Source: an uncultured candidate division Zixibacteria bacterium (lineage in GTDB: Bacteria; Zixibacteria; MSB-5A5; GN15; FEB-12). Taken from it: a stretch of 64,000 nucleotides of DNA. Location: positions 1-64,000 of the forward strand of contig CAVTJJ010000006.1 in the NCBI GenBank assembly GCA_963735035.1. The letters are read 5' to 3'. The translations under genes and the position numbers were made by a program. Shown here piece by piece: positions 9,265 to 18,994 of the stretch. Every line of letters begins with the position of its first letter. Position 1 is the stretch's first letter. A model generated the notes under the pieces. The model searched no databases and was not told the origin of the DNA. It saw only the letters and a program-made list of their open reading frames with translations.

Positions 9265-11220
9265 ATGTTCGATGCATGGCGAGGTTTCGCTGATCACAAA
9301 CTCTCCTCTGAATGGCTCCAAAAGCTCGGCGACATGACCCGACAGGGGCGCGGTGATATAATCAAGATGACCTCCGCGGCCGGATCAGGCCACCCGGGCG
9401 GGTCCATGTCATCGCTCGAAGTCTATCTGACCTTGTATCATTTTGCGCGCATCAATCCGCGTGATCCTTATGCTGATGATCGCGACCGGATCATCATTTC
9501 GCACGGACATACGTCGCCGGGCGTCTACGTAGCCCTGGGCTACGCCGGGTTCTTCGACGTCAACGCGGCTATCTCCGGGTTCCGCATGGCAGGCTCGCCG
9601 TTCGAGGGGCATGTCGAACGCGATGTTCCTGGAGTCGAATGGGGAACGGGTAATCTCGGGCAGGGGCTCGCAGTCGGTGTGGGCAAAGCGATTTATGCCC
9701 GGTTGTCGGGACAGAAATTTCACACCTATGTTGTCATGGGCGACGGCGAGCAGCAGAAGGGGCAGATTGCCGAATCGCGTCGCCAGGCGATCAAATACGG
9801 TCTGAACGATCTGACTGTGGTCATTGACAACAACAAGCGACAGATTTCCGGCGCTACCGACAAAGTCATGCCGCAGAACATTCGCGCCGAGTGGGAAGCT
9901 GACGGCTGGCGGGTGCTGGAAATCGACGCTCACGATCTCGAACAAGTGTACCTCGCTCTACAGCATTGTACCCATGACCATCTCGCCCCGCACATGATCC
10001 TGGCGCATTCGATCATGGGCAAGGGCGTGTCGTTCATGGAAAATAACGAGGCGTTCCACGGCGCGACTGTCAAGGTTGATCGGATTGGCGACGCCCTCAA
10101 GGAATTGGGCAATCTCAAGAACGACTTTGATGAGATCGTCGCCCGCCGCAAGCTGGGGCCGCCGCCGAAGTTCGATCTGAAGCAGCCGCCGCGTCCGAAA
10201 GTACAGCCAGGAACACCCATCACTTATGCCGCCGATGCGAAGAGCGATAATCGCAGCGCCTGGGGCAAGGCGCTTGAATCGGTGGCGGAAGCGAACGCTG
10301 GACGCTCGGATTTGGCTGTCGCCGTTTTCGACTGCGATCTCGCCGGTTCGGTCAAGACCAACGGCTTCGCTGCGAAGTACCCCGACAATTTCTTCCAGTT
10401 CGGCATCACTGAACATTCTACCGCGGCCACGGTCGGATCGCTTTCGGTTGAGAAAGCGCTCGCCATCTGGGCGGATTTCGGCGTCTTCGGTATCGACGAG
10501 ACCTACAACCAGGCGCGGCTGAGCGATATCAATTACGCGAATGTCAAACTTGTCTGCACGCATTCCGGCATAGATGTCGGCGAGGACGGCAAGACGCACC
10601 AATGCATCGATTACTTTGGTCTGCTCAATTCGACTTTTGGCTGGAAAGTAATCACACCGGCTGATCCGAATCAAACCGATCGCGCCGTGCGCCATGCACT
10701 GTGCAGTGACGGCAATTTCGCTATCATCATGGGACGCTCGGTGATTCCGATTATTACGCGTGAAGACGGCCGCCCGATGTTCGGTGACGGCTACACGTAT
10801 CGTTACGGTCGCATGGAAACGATTCGCACGGGCGAGAGGCTGGCGTTGGTGGCGGCGGGCAATATCGTCGTGAACGCTCTTGATGCCTGGAATCGTCTCG
10901 CGTCCGAAGGCCTACGGGTCGAATTGATCTGTGTCTGCGACTGGTCCGACCTGCACCCTGATGATCTGGCGCATCTCGCCGGGTTCTCGGATGTTCTCGT
11001 GCTCGAAGATCACAACGTCAAGACCGGACTTGGCACCGCGATCGGTTCGGCGCTCGCTCAGAACGGCTGTTCGACGCGCCTGACCAAATTGGGTGTGGCG
11101 AAATACGGAACATCGGGGAAGCCGGCGGACTTGTACAAGATTTTGGGTCTGGACGGGGCATCGGTCGCCGCGAAGATCAGACAGTTGATCGGTGTGACCG
11201 AACCTGAGTCGGTCTCGTGA
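9265..11220 (+). CDS. tkt: Transketolase
   Basis: SGHPGGSMS, DRIIISHGH, GNLGQG, GDGE, GEDGKTHQ. Confidence 0.93.
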   Translation: MFDAWRGFADHKLSSEWLQKLGDMTRQGRGDIIKMTSAAGSGHPGGSMSSLEVYLTLYHFARINPRDPYADDRDRIIISHGHTSPGVYVALGYAGFFDVNAAISGFRMAGSPFEGHVERDVPGVEWGTGNLGQGLAVGVGKAIYARLSGQKFHTYVVMGDGEQQKGQIAESRRQAIKYGLNDLTVVIDNNKRQISGATDKVMPQNIRAEWEADGWRVLEIDAHDLEQVYLALQHCTHDHLAPHMILAHSIMGKGVSFMENNEAFHGATVKVDRIGDALKELGNLKNDFDEIVARRKLGPPPKFDLKQPPRPKVQPGTPITYAADAKSDNRSAWGKALESVAEANAGRSDLAVAVFDCDLAGSVKTNGFAAKYPDNFFQFGITEHSTAATVGSLSVEKALAIWADFGVFGIDETYNQARLSDINYANVKLVCTHSGIDVGEDGKTHQCIDYFGLLNSTFGWKVITPADPNQTDRAVRHALCSDGNFAIIMGRSVIPIITREDGRPMFGDGYTYRYGRMETIRTGERLALVAAGNIVVNALDAWNRLASEGLRVELICVCDWSDLHPDDLAHLAGFSDVLVLEDHNVKTGLGTAIGSALAQNGCSTRLTKLGVAKYGTSGKPADLYKILGLDGASVAAKIRQLIGVTEPESVS

Positions 11221-11247
11221 GAACAGAGAGTTGAAACAGGTATACTT

Positions 11248-11574
11248 ATGTTGAAATCGACGACGCCCACTATTGAAGGACGACGGATAATCAAATACCA
11301 CGGATTGGTGAGTGGGGATGCCATTCTCGGGGCTGATTTGTTCAAAGACTGGTCTGCGATGGTCAGCAACATCATGGGCGGTCGGTCGAAAGAGTACGAG
11401 GGGGAACTTCAAAAGGCTCGAGATATTTCAATCAATGAAATGGAAGAAAGGGCTGCTGAGCTTAAGGCCAACGCTATAGTCGGCATAAACTTCGACTATG
11501 AAACTATTAGCCCCGGGCATTCTGGCGCCATGCTTATGGTTAATGTCACTGGGACTGCGGTTACATTGGAGTAG
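11248..11574 (+). CDS. YbjQ/UPF0145 family protein
   Basis: TTPTIEG..I..Y.GLVSG, GGRS..YE.EL..AR, ANAIVG, GTAV. Confidence 0.9.
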   Translation: MLKSTTPTIEGRRIIKYHGLVSGDAILGADLFKDWSAMVSNIMGGRSKEYEGELQKARDISINEMEERAAELKANAIVGINFDYETISPGHSGAMLMVNVTGTAVTLE

Positions 11575-11607
11575 CGCAGTCGATAATACGGTACAGCGGA
11601 GTAAATA

Positions 11608-12579
11608 ATGGCAAGCCTTCTGGTCGGGTACATCAGCGGATCATCGGTCGAGCTCGCGCGAGTCTCGGAGCGGAAGGACGGCATCCGTCTGGTCAGCCAG
11701 TCGCTGTTTGACGCATCGAAGTTCACATCGTTCGATAGTATTCTCCGGCTGTATCTACGAAAGACCCGCGCCGAGTTCACCACGGCCTGCTTTGGTGTCG
11801 CAGGACCGGTAATCGGCGAGACGGTCAGCACTACGAAACTGGCCTGGCGTATCAGCAGCGCCGACTTGAAACGTGACTACGGTTTCCGCAAGGTGCGATT
11901 GGTGAACGACGTGGTCGCGTCGGCGTATGGCATCTCGCAACTTGAGCCGGACAAGATCTACATGATCAACGCCGGAATCGAAGATGCCAAGGGGAATCTT
12001 GGTCTCATCTCCGCCGGTGCCGGTCTGGGCGAGGCAATAATCTATGTCGACTCGGGCAAGCAGCGGCCGATCGCGTCCGAAGGCGGCCACGCCGATTTCG
12101 CCCCCGCCAATCAGCTCGAGACTGAGCTCTGGCAGTATTTCTATTCGGAACTTGGACGGGTCGAAGTAGAAGATGTCGTCTCATTCCGCGGCCTGGAAAG
12201 CATCTTCAATTTCCTGGTCGACACGCAAAGCGGCAAGCGGGCCACCTGGCTCGACGATACCGATGACCGCGCGGCGAAAATTATCGAGATGGCCCTCGCC
12301 GGCAAAGACGAAACCGCACTGAGGGCGCTCGATATCTTTGTCGACTGCTATGCCTCGGAAGCCGCCAACCTCGCCCTCAAAGGTATGACACTCGGCGGTA
12401 TCTATATCGGCGGGCTGATTGCTCCCGGCATAGTGACCGTGCTCGATCGCGGCCGTTTCATGCGGCGGTTTGTCAAGCGGGGCAAGATGGAAACGATGCT
12501 GTCGCAGATTCCGGTCGGGGTGATTATCGAAGAGCGTACGCCGCTTCTTGGCGCGGCTGCTCTGGGCATGACTCTCTGA
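11608..12579 (+). CDS. Glucokinase-family protein with degenerate ATP-binding motifs
   Basis: FGVAGPV, LVND, SEGGHADF present; GYISGS replaces GD(I/V)GGT. Confidence 0.8.
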   Translation: MASLLVGYISGSSVELARVSERKDGIRLVSQSLFDASKFTSFDSILRLYLRKTRAEFTTACFGVAGPVIGETVSTTKLAWRISSADLKRDYGFRKVRLVNDVVASAYGISQLEPDKIYMINAGIEDAKGNLGLISAGAGLGEAIIYVDSGKQRPIASEGGHADFAPANQLETELWQYFYSELGRVEVEDVVSFRGLESIFNFLVDTQSGKRATWLDDTDDRAAKIIEMALAGKDETALRALDIFVDCYASEAANLALKGMTLGGIYIGGLIAPGIVTVLDRGRFMRRFVKRGKMETMLSQIPVGVIIEERTPLLGAAALGMTL

Positions 12580-12586
12580 GGGCTCT

Positions 12587-13231
12587 ATGGATCGAGCCGT
12601 TCTCTTTCTTACTGGGAAGTATCTTGAGAAGGACATGGCCTTCTATCGCGGCCTGGCGCGCGGGAGATTCAAAGTCGCGGTGGACGGCGGCTGGCGCTTT
12701 TTCGAGCGCTCCGGTCTGACGGCTGATCTCCTGATCGGCGATTTTGATTCCGTTCTACTTCCACGAAAACTCCCTGCTCGAACCCGCGTGCTCCAATTTC
12801 CGACTGACAAAGACAAGACTGATACCGAGCTGGCGCTTGATTTCTGTCTCGAACAGAAGGCTCGACGGGTTGATATCGTCCAACCCGGCATGGGCGATCC
12901 GGACCATTTCCTGGCCAACCTGTTTCTACTTACCCGGACGAGCCACAAGCGACGGGGGAGAGCCGTCCTGAGACTGGTCGGACCGACTTTCGAGGCATTT
13001 TTCGTAGCTGACGCCGAGATTAAGTTTGCGCGTGCCAGGGGGAGTGTGGTCTCGGTGATCCCGGTTTCGGAGCGCCTTCGGATGACGTGTTCCGGGACGG
13101 CTTTTGACGTGAATGGGGTATCGATCGGTCGTGGGGAGACCCGCCCGGCCCGCAATAAGATCGTGGCCCCAGACGCGCGATTCCGGATCGACGGGCAAGC
13201 CTTTGTGGTCCGGTTGTTTGACAAACGTTGA
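12587..13231 (+). CDS. thiN: Thiamine pyrophosphokinase
   Basis: AVDGG, IGDFDS, KDKTDTELAL, DHFLANL. Confidence 0.85.
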   Translation: MDRAVLFLTGKYLEKDMAFYRGLARGRFKVAVDGGWRFFERSGLTADLLIGDFDSVLLPRKLPARTRVLQFPTDKDKTDTELALDFCLEQKARRVDIVQPGMGDPDHFLANLFLLTRTSHKRRGRAVLRLVGPTFEAFFVADAEIKFARARGSVVSVIPVSERLRMTCSGTAFDVNGVSIGRGETRPARNKIVAPDARFRIDGQAFVVRLFDKR

Positions 13232-13260
13232 AAATCCTTGAGATAGGGCGAGGGTTCAGC

Positions 13261-13288
13261 TTGACAGGTCGATTTCAATGCCTATATT
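13261..13288 (+). promoter_or_regulatory. Sigma70 promoter of tRNA-Gln, TTGACA-N16-TATATT
   Basis: Consensus -35 and near-consensus -10 upstream of the tRNA. Confidence 0.7.
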
Positions 13289-13343
13289 CGCCCCGTCCGG
13301 AGTGGACCTGATCGGCGACGCTGCCGATAGCTTGCTGTGAGAC

Positions 13344-13417
13344 TGGGGGATCGTCCAACGGCAGGACATGCGGCTCTGGACCGTAGTATCGGGGTTCGAA
13401 TCCCTGTCCCCCAGCCA
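13344..13417 (+). tRNA. tRNA-Gln (anticodon CTG)
   Basis: TGGGGGA/TCCCCCA acceptor stem, TGCGG-CTCTGGA-CCGTA anticodon arm, GTTCGAATC T loop, encoded CCA. Confidence 0.96.
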
Positions 13418-13435
13418 AAAATGGTTGATGTGACC

Positions 13436-13466
13436 GCCCTCCGGCACCACGCCGGAGGGCTTTTTT
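13436..13466 (+). terminator. Rho-independent terminator after the tRNA
   Basis: GCCCTCCGGC-ACCAC-GCCGGAGGGC-TTTTTT. Confidence 0.85.
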
Positions 13467-13583
13467 GTGACAGGCCCTGATCGGCAGGGTTCCATCCCTG
13501 CCGTTCTTGTATTCCTCATGTCACGGCTTGACGGGGCTATCAAAGGAGCTGTCTGGGTCCGGAGAAGCGGGCAAGCGGGTCAG

Positions 13584-14492
13584 CTATCGGGATGGTTTGT
13601 AACTACGCGGTCTATGGCGGGAACGCACCCGACGGGGCGGCCGTTTCTGTGGTGTGATTCCCTGAACCACCTTGATGCCGAGAATCTTCTTCTGTTTAGC
13701 AAGAGATTTCGGAAAACCGGACTCCAGCACGAGGAAGACTCTTGCATGTTGTGGGCGCGTTTCGTAACGCAATACTGCATTCATGACGGCCCGGTACTTA
13801 ACGCACTGAAATAGACCTCTCTCAATATCGGGTGGATCGGAGTTCGCAGCCTTGACCTCCGCTGCCACCCAGAAATCGTCGCCCCTGAAGGAAACGTCAA
13901 GACTGTCACCTGACGGCAACTTAGATTCAGTGACACCAAAGGGAGTACTTGCCTTTAGTCCGACAACTCTGGGGTTCCGCGCGACATACTCTTTGAGTGC
14001 TTTGTGAGCTTTGTTTTCGCCACCGCCATGGTATCCAGAAACTTTGGAAGCAAGGGGTAAGAAATCGGTTGCGACCGGCTCCAGCCCGAGTCTATTCAGA
14101 ACTTCATTCCATCGGCGATACAAGTAGACACACTTTTGCTGACGGCTTACATACTCTTTCTTCTTCTGAAGCGAAAGGCGCGCAAATTTCTTCCCGCTTA
14201 AGGATGGCCATTTGATACCTTCTCCTGGCAATCCATCGCGCTTTCTGACGACGAAACATTGAATTGGAGGAACCTTCCAACTTCTTGGCAGGCGTTCCAA
14301 CGATTGCCCAATGCTTGCAAGCACATAGTTGAGGTGGCGCGGATTGGCCATCTCCAATTCCTTAGCGAGATAGGAATATGTCATTGTAGAATTACGGGAT
14401 GCTTGGAGGACGAGTATGGGGAGCGCGGAGCGGGCCAGCTGCTGATATAGCATATCACCTGAGATTGGCTCCGAGGCTTTCGTCGTACTCAT
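13584..14492 (-). CDS. Hypothetical protein: HTH-like N-terminus and PD-(D/E)XK-like nuclease C-terminus
   Basis: GGAG RBS; TYSYLAKEL..PRHLNYVL; ESKLPSGDSLDVSF....VAAEVK....RGLFQCVKY; visibly more AT-rich than its neighbours. Confidence 0.65.
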   Translation of the reverse strand: MSTTKASEPISGDMLYQQLARSALPILVLQASRNSTMTYSYLAKELEMANPRHLNYVLASIGQSLERLPRSWKVPPIQCFVVRKRDGLPGEGIKWPSLSGKKFARLSLQKKKEYVSRQQKCVYLYRRWNEVLNRLGLEPVATDFLPLASKVSGYHGGGENKAHKALKEYVARNPRVVGLKASTPFGVTESKLPSGDSLDVSFRGDDFWVAAEVKAANSDPPDIERGLFQCVKYRAVMNAVLRYETRPQHARVFLVLESGFPKSLAKQKKILGIKVVQGITPQKRPPRRVRSRHRPRSYKPSR

Positions 14493-14600
14493 AGCTTCTC
14501 CAATATGTTTCACGATGACTTCTCTCAGAAGTTATCTCGGTTGGGGGATGATGTCATCGTTAATCTCGCAGTAAAGAGCATCTGTTTAGTACGCTGAAAA

Positions 14601-14683
14601 GCCGCAGGGGTGACGAGCTGGCGCTCGTCATACGACTACCCCTTCCGGCCTACCGCGAACAATAACTGGGTCTCGCGACCTAC
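14601..14683 (-). repeat. Two tandem GTAG-tagged hairpins
   Basis: Both end in CCTAC on the plus strand (14653, 14683) and contain internal inverted repeats. Confidence 0.6.
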
Positions 14684-14904
14684 CAGCAGTTTGTATCCAA
14701 CCATAAATGGAGGGTCACCCGTTCCACAACATTTATCTGCGAGCCGCCCTCCGATAAACCGGAGTCATCGGCTGTCAAAATCCTGAACAATTGCAGGCCA
14801 TATAGTCGATTTACCGAATATCTCCCGTAGAAAGACTGCAGACCGGTTGCAGGTCGCCGATAACGGCACAAAAGGAGAACAAACCCACAAGACAGGGAGA
14901 TGCT

Positions 14905-15960
14905 ATGTTCAGATTGGTTATTTCAATTATGCTTCTGGGAACACTCCTGCTGGCCGCCAGCTGCAGCGAGGACAAGAAGACCACCAACCCGCCGGCTCCG
15001 GACAACACTACCAGCCAACTAGAGTTGATTGACGTCGAGGCCTTGATCGCGGCGGTCGCTCCGCCTGCATTCACCGCCCCGATTGGTGCCCCGACTGGGC
15101 TCGATTCGCTCGGAATCTGGACCACCGGCGACTATCCGTTGCTGCAGAAGGTGTTCGGTACTGAAGACAACCAGGCGCTCTATCGAAACATCAACGATTT
15201 CAAACAGAACTTTGACATTCTCAACGCCTGCCTGAAGGTGGACGCTGATAGCAAGATCGTAACGGGAACGTATGTCGACTCCATCGAAGTTGAGTTCCAA
15301 GGCGATACAATGATGGTTCACTACAGCGCGACCGTCACGGCACTTTCGGGTCTTACGACAATACCGACTTCGGCGCAGGCCATCATCGGCCCAACGGCTG
15401 ACATTGACTATCTGATCAGCGTTACGGCTGATGAAATGGCGGGAGGCACAGAGCAGTTCGGCGTTACCGTCAACGATTCGGCGCAGGTACTTCTGCAATA
15501 TCACTACGCTGAACTGGACTCTGGCAAGGTCGAAGCTCAGTTGGTATACGCCAATTTGAACCCCATCGATTCCTCGTTTGAGTTCAAAGGTGTCTGTTAT
15601 GTATTGTACGGTACGGGAGAACTCTTCACCGCCGGTTACAACATGACGTCAGAAAGCACGTCGGACTTTGCCTACCGCATGAGCTGGTACTCGAATGACC
15701 TTCCTGACAGCTCCGATCTGCTTGGCTGCATCATCGGGGGCGGCAACAAGGACGTGGAGTTTGCTCTCAAGTACCGTCAGTTTATGCCGGCCGATACGAA
15801 TGTCATGGATTCTTATTCGAACTACGATCAGGTTTTCGGTCCCAACTATTCCGAGGGAACCGGTCTGCTTAGCGCCTACGACGCGTATCTTGACGACAGC
15901 TTGATCTACACTTACGATGCCATTCCCATGGAAGTAATCACCAGCCCGTGGGCTGAATGA
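14905..15960 (+). CDS. Acidic hypothetical lipoprotein
   Basis: GGGAG RBS; lipobox LAASC; long open frame. Confidence 0.75.
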   Translation: MFRLVISIMLLGTLLLAASCSEDKKTTNPPAPDNTTSQLELIDVEALIAAVAPPAFTAPIGAPTGLDSLGIWTTGDYPLLQKVFGTEDNQALYRNINDFKQNFDILNACLKVDADSKIVTGTYVDSIEVEFQGDTMMVHYSATVTALSGLTTIPTSAQAIIGPTADIDYLISVTADEMAGGTEQFGVTVNDSAQVLLQYHYAELDSGKVEAQLVYANLNPIDSSFEFKGVCYVLYGTGELFTAGYNMTSESTSDFAYRMSWYSNDLPDSSDLLGCIIGGGNKDVEFALKYRQFMPADTNVMDSYSNYDQVFGPNYSEGTGLLSAYDAYLDDSLIYTYDAIPMEVITSPWAE

Positions 15961-15990
15961 ACGGCGTCACTTTGGCGTAGCCGGCAAATC

Positions 15991-16022
15991 GAAGAACCCT
16001 GCCCCAATGGGCGGGGTTCTTC
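15991..16022. terminator. Hairpin between convergent genes, likely terminator
   Basis: GAAGAACCCTGCCC-CAAT-GGGCGGGGTTCTTC. Confidence 0.6.
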
Positions 16023-16039
16023 TCTATTCCCATTGAGTC

Positions 16040-16615
16040 CTACAGCGGCAGCACGGTGCGGCCGTAAAGCTCGTTGAGCACCTGCGCGAGGCCGGTGTAC
16101 ATAGCAGAAAGACCGCAAACGATTCCCTCAATGCCGGCAAACATTTTCAATCCGGGGCTCTCCAGCGCGTCGCCCAGTGCCAGCAAGAAGAACAGAATCG
16201 TAAGGGATAGGAACACGAATTGCAGCGCCCGGCTGAGCTTAAGTGTCCCTATGTACATAACTCCGGTGAAAACTCCCCAACAGCAGAGATACGCCACCAT
16301 TGCAGCATTAGTAGGCGCCGCGCCCCAGTTCATCTTCGGCAGCACCAGCAGCGCGACCAGTGTCAGCCAGAACATGCCGTACGATGTAAACGCGGTCGTG
16401 CCGAATGTGTTGCCCTTCTTCCATTCCATTATCCCGGCGAGCACCTGGGCCATGCCGCCGTAGAAAATCCCCATGCCGAGGATCATCGTGTCCATCGGGT
16501 ACACCCCGGAGTTGTGAATGTTGAGCAAAACGGTAGTCATTCCGAAACCGAGCAATCCCAGCGGAGCAGGATTGGCGGTCGTGTCTTTGATAGCAGTCAA
16601 AGCGGGCGAATCCAT
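16040..16615 (-). CDS. satP: Acetate/succinate uptake transporter, GPR1/FUN34/YaaH family
   Basis: [35 protein letters not shown]. Confidence 0.93.
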   Translation of the reverse strand: MDSPALTAIKDTTANPAPLGLLGFGMTTVLLNIHNSGVYPMDTMILGMGIFYGGMAQVLAGIMEWKKGNTFGTTAFTSYGMFWLTLVALLVLPKMNWGAAPTNAAMVAYLCCWGVFTGVMYIGTLKLSRALQFVFLSLTILFFLLALGDALESPGLKMFAGIEGIVCGLSAMYTGLAQVLNELYGRTVLPL

Positions 16616-16788
16616 GTAAGAATCTCCTGTCGTCAGAACCAGTTCAACCTCATCGCACGTGACGTCGCGGATCGTCCGGACGTCACGGCGTCGAAGTTAG
16701 ACAATTCAGACCACGAACGCAAGGAGGAGGTGATGGGATGAGCGTGGGATGTCTGGTGTCAGACGATAAAGCGGAGCATTTGAGTCAT

Positions 16789-17964
16789 CTACCCGATTCG
16801 CTCTAGTACAAAACACTTTAGATACTGTGTCTCGGGCATGGCGTGGAGTATCGGATGATCGGACGACTGCGTGATAAACGCCCGCTGCCGGAATTGTACA
16901 TGCCCGTCGCGTGCTGCCGAACGCAACAGCTCCTGAAAAGCGGTCGTCACCAGATTCTGCGAACAACTGCAGGTAACGAGAATACCGCCCGGAGAGAGAA
17001 GCTTCATGGCGGAGATATTGATGTCTCTATACCCTGCCACCGCCGCTTTCAGTTGAGCTTTGCTCTTCACGAATGCCGGCGGATCGAGCACGATCAAGTC
17101 AAATTGTTCGCGACTTTCTACCTGCTGTCGAAGGAACTCGAAACAGTCCTCGCGCGTGACATTGATCTTGTCGCCAACTCCGTTGAGTTCGGCATTCTTC
17201 GTTACTGTTTCCAGCGCGTTCGCGGAGCTGTCCACCGCCACGACGCTCGTGGCCCCGCCCATCGCGGCATTGATTGAAAAACCACCGGAATAGCAAAAAC
17301 AATCCAGCACGCGTCGTCCGTTTGCTAAGAGTCGAACCGCCGCGCGGGTCTCGCGTTGATCGAAAAAGAATCCGGTCTTCTGACCATGATGAGGGTCTAC
17401 AGCGATCTTGACTCCTGCTTCGTCGATCTCTACAATCTCAGGCACACGACCGTGAACGATCTCGACCGCTTCCTGCAGAGTTTCTAGTTTCCGATACGAT
17501 GAATCATTGCGAAGTAGAATCCCGTCGGGAGAGAATACCTCGATGAGAGCCTCGAGCAGCAACGGCCGGAGACGCTCCATCCCGAGAGTAAGCAATTGGG
17601 CGACGAGGTAATTCTCGTACTTGTCGACAATCAACCCCGGCAGAAGATCGCCCTCGGAGTAGACCATCCGACAGGACCGTATCTCGCCAAGTGTATTCTT
17701 ACGATGAGCCGCAGCATTGCGAATACGCTTGACAAAGAACGCCTTGTCGATATCGGTCCGCTTCGACGTTAGAATACGCGCTGCAATCAGGCTGTGCTTG
17801 TTGTAATAACCCCGCCCGAGAAATTTGCCTCGGTCGGAAACGACATCGACCAGATCACCGTTTTCGCCCGGCTCGCGAACTTCAGCAATTTCGTTACTGA
17901 ACACCCAGAGATGCCCGGCCCGGATGCGGCGGTCTTCTTTCGGTTTGAGTCTGATTTCGCCCAT
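16789..17964 (-). CDS. rlmI: RlmI-like class I SAM-dependent rRNA methyltransferase
   Basis: GHLWVFSNEI PUA-like start, SEGDLLPGLIVD, GQKTGFFFDQR, VLDCFCYSGGF, LDPPAF, TCSCS. Confidence 0.85.
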   Translation of the reverse strand: MGEIRLKPKEDRRIRAGHLWVFSNEIAEVREPGENGDLVDVVSDRGKFLGRGYYNKHSLIAARILTSKRTDIDKAFFVKRIRNAAAHRKNTLGEIRSCRMVYSEGDLLPGLIVDKYENYLVAQLLTLGMERLRPLLLEALIEVFSPDGILLRNDSSYRKLETLQEAVEIVHGRVPEIVEIDEAGVKIAVDPHHGQKTGFFFDQRETRAAVRLLANGRRVLDCFCYSGGFSINAAMGGATSVVAVDSSANALETVTKNAELNGVGDKINVTREDCFEFLRQQVESREQFDLIVLDPPAFVKSKAQLKAAVAGYRDINISAMKLLSPGGILVTCSCSQNLVTTAFQELLRSAARDGHVQFRQRAFITQSSDHPILHAMPETQYLKCFVLERIG

Positions 17965-18056
17965 GATGGCGGAAGATTACGCGTTGTCTAACGGAAGCGC
18001 AAGTAGGATCGGTAGGTGACACTGAGTTTGGGCAGGCGCGTTACACTTAGACAAGC

Positions 18057-18119
18057 TCAGTGTGACTTAGATGTGAATCACTGGGACTTAGATGCGAATC
18101 AGTGTGACTGAGACGGGAG
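18057..18119. repeat. Three degenerate 21-bp tandem repeats at the lipB stop, merging into a GTCACACTGAGCTTGTCTAAGTGT hairpin
   Basis: TCAGTGTGACTTAGATGTGAA / TCACTGGGACTTAGATGCGAA / TCAGTGTGACTGAGACGGGAG. Confidence 0.7.
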
Positions 18120-18797
18120 TCCGGACATTGACTGAATCGCACCGGGAACTTTCGCCACCTCGTAATCGAAATACTCTACAAAATGCTTCACCAATAGATC
18201 GTTGAAGTGCGCGAGCTTGATTTCACGCCCCACCAGCCGCGACACCGAACCAACCGGGTACTGCGTAATCCCGCACGGATTGATCAACTTGAAGTAATCG
18301 AGATCGGTATTGACATTGATTGCGACGCCGTGATAGGCAATCCATTTCGACACCGCCACACCGATCGCGCCTACTTTGAGATCATTAACCCAGATACCGG
18401 TCAGCCCGTCTTTGACAGAGGCCTCAAGCCCCAGGTCGGCCAGAGATTCGATGACGAACTGCTCCAGATCGCGCAGGTAGCGGCGAACGTCGCGGCCCCG
18501 CTCTCTCAGATCGATAATCGGATACAGCACCGCCTGGCCGGGTCCGTGGAAAGTAATGTCGCCGCCCCGTTCGACTTCATGAAGATCAACGCCGCTTTCG
18601 CGCAGGGTCTTTTCGGAAACCAACAGATTGCGAAGGTCGGTGCCCCGGCCCATGGTGAGCACCGGCTCGTGCTCGGTGATAAGCAGAGTATCGGGAATGA
18701 TGCCCTCGGCACGATCTCGCACCATTTTCTTCTGGAAATCCCAGGCAGCGAGGTAGCGCGTTGTACCAAGATCGATTATATTCAGCGGGCGTTTCAA
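18099..18797 (-). CDS. lipB: Octanoyltransferase
   Basis: EHEPVLTMG, RGGDITFHGPGQ, KVGAIG, HGVAIN, INPCG; TTG start after GGAG. Confidence 0.92.
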   Translation of the reverse strand: MKRPLNIIDLGTTRYLAAWDFQKKMVRDRAEGIIPDTLLITEHEPVLTMGRGTDLRNLLVSEKTLRESGVDLHEVERGGDITFHGPGQAVLYPIIDLRERGRDVRRYLRDLEQFVIESLADLGLEASVKDGLTGIWVNDLKVGAIGVAVSKWIAYHGVAINVNTDLDYFKLINPCGITQYPVGSVSRLVGREIKLAHFNDLLVKHFVEYFDYEVAKVPGAIQSMSGLPSQSH

Positions 18798-18994
18798 GGC
18801 TTTGCTCCGGTTGGATCGGTCGACAGTTGTTATACGACCGCCTCCAATATGACGTAAACCGGCGGGACAGGCAAGGCGTTCCCCGAACCGGGGCACGAAA
18901 CGCTAAATCCACTCGGGAACAATGCCCACTGAAGGATGTTGAACCGTAGTGACTTACGGAGTGGCATGGAGTGCCAAAACAGAGGGACTATGTG

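Noticed and set aside
13344..15960. Integrative element or prophage at tRNA-Gln
   Set aside because: No integrase or phage genes, and no duplicated tRNA 3' end was seen
16620..16788. Hairpin upstream of satP (CGTGACGTC...GACGTCACG) as a riboswitch
   Set aside because: Single stem with no aptamer consensus I can recognise
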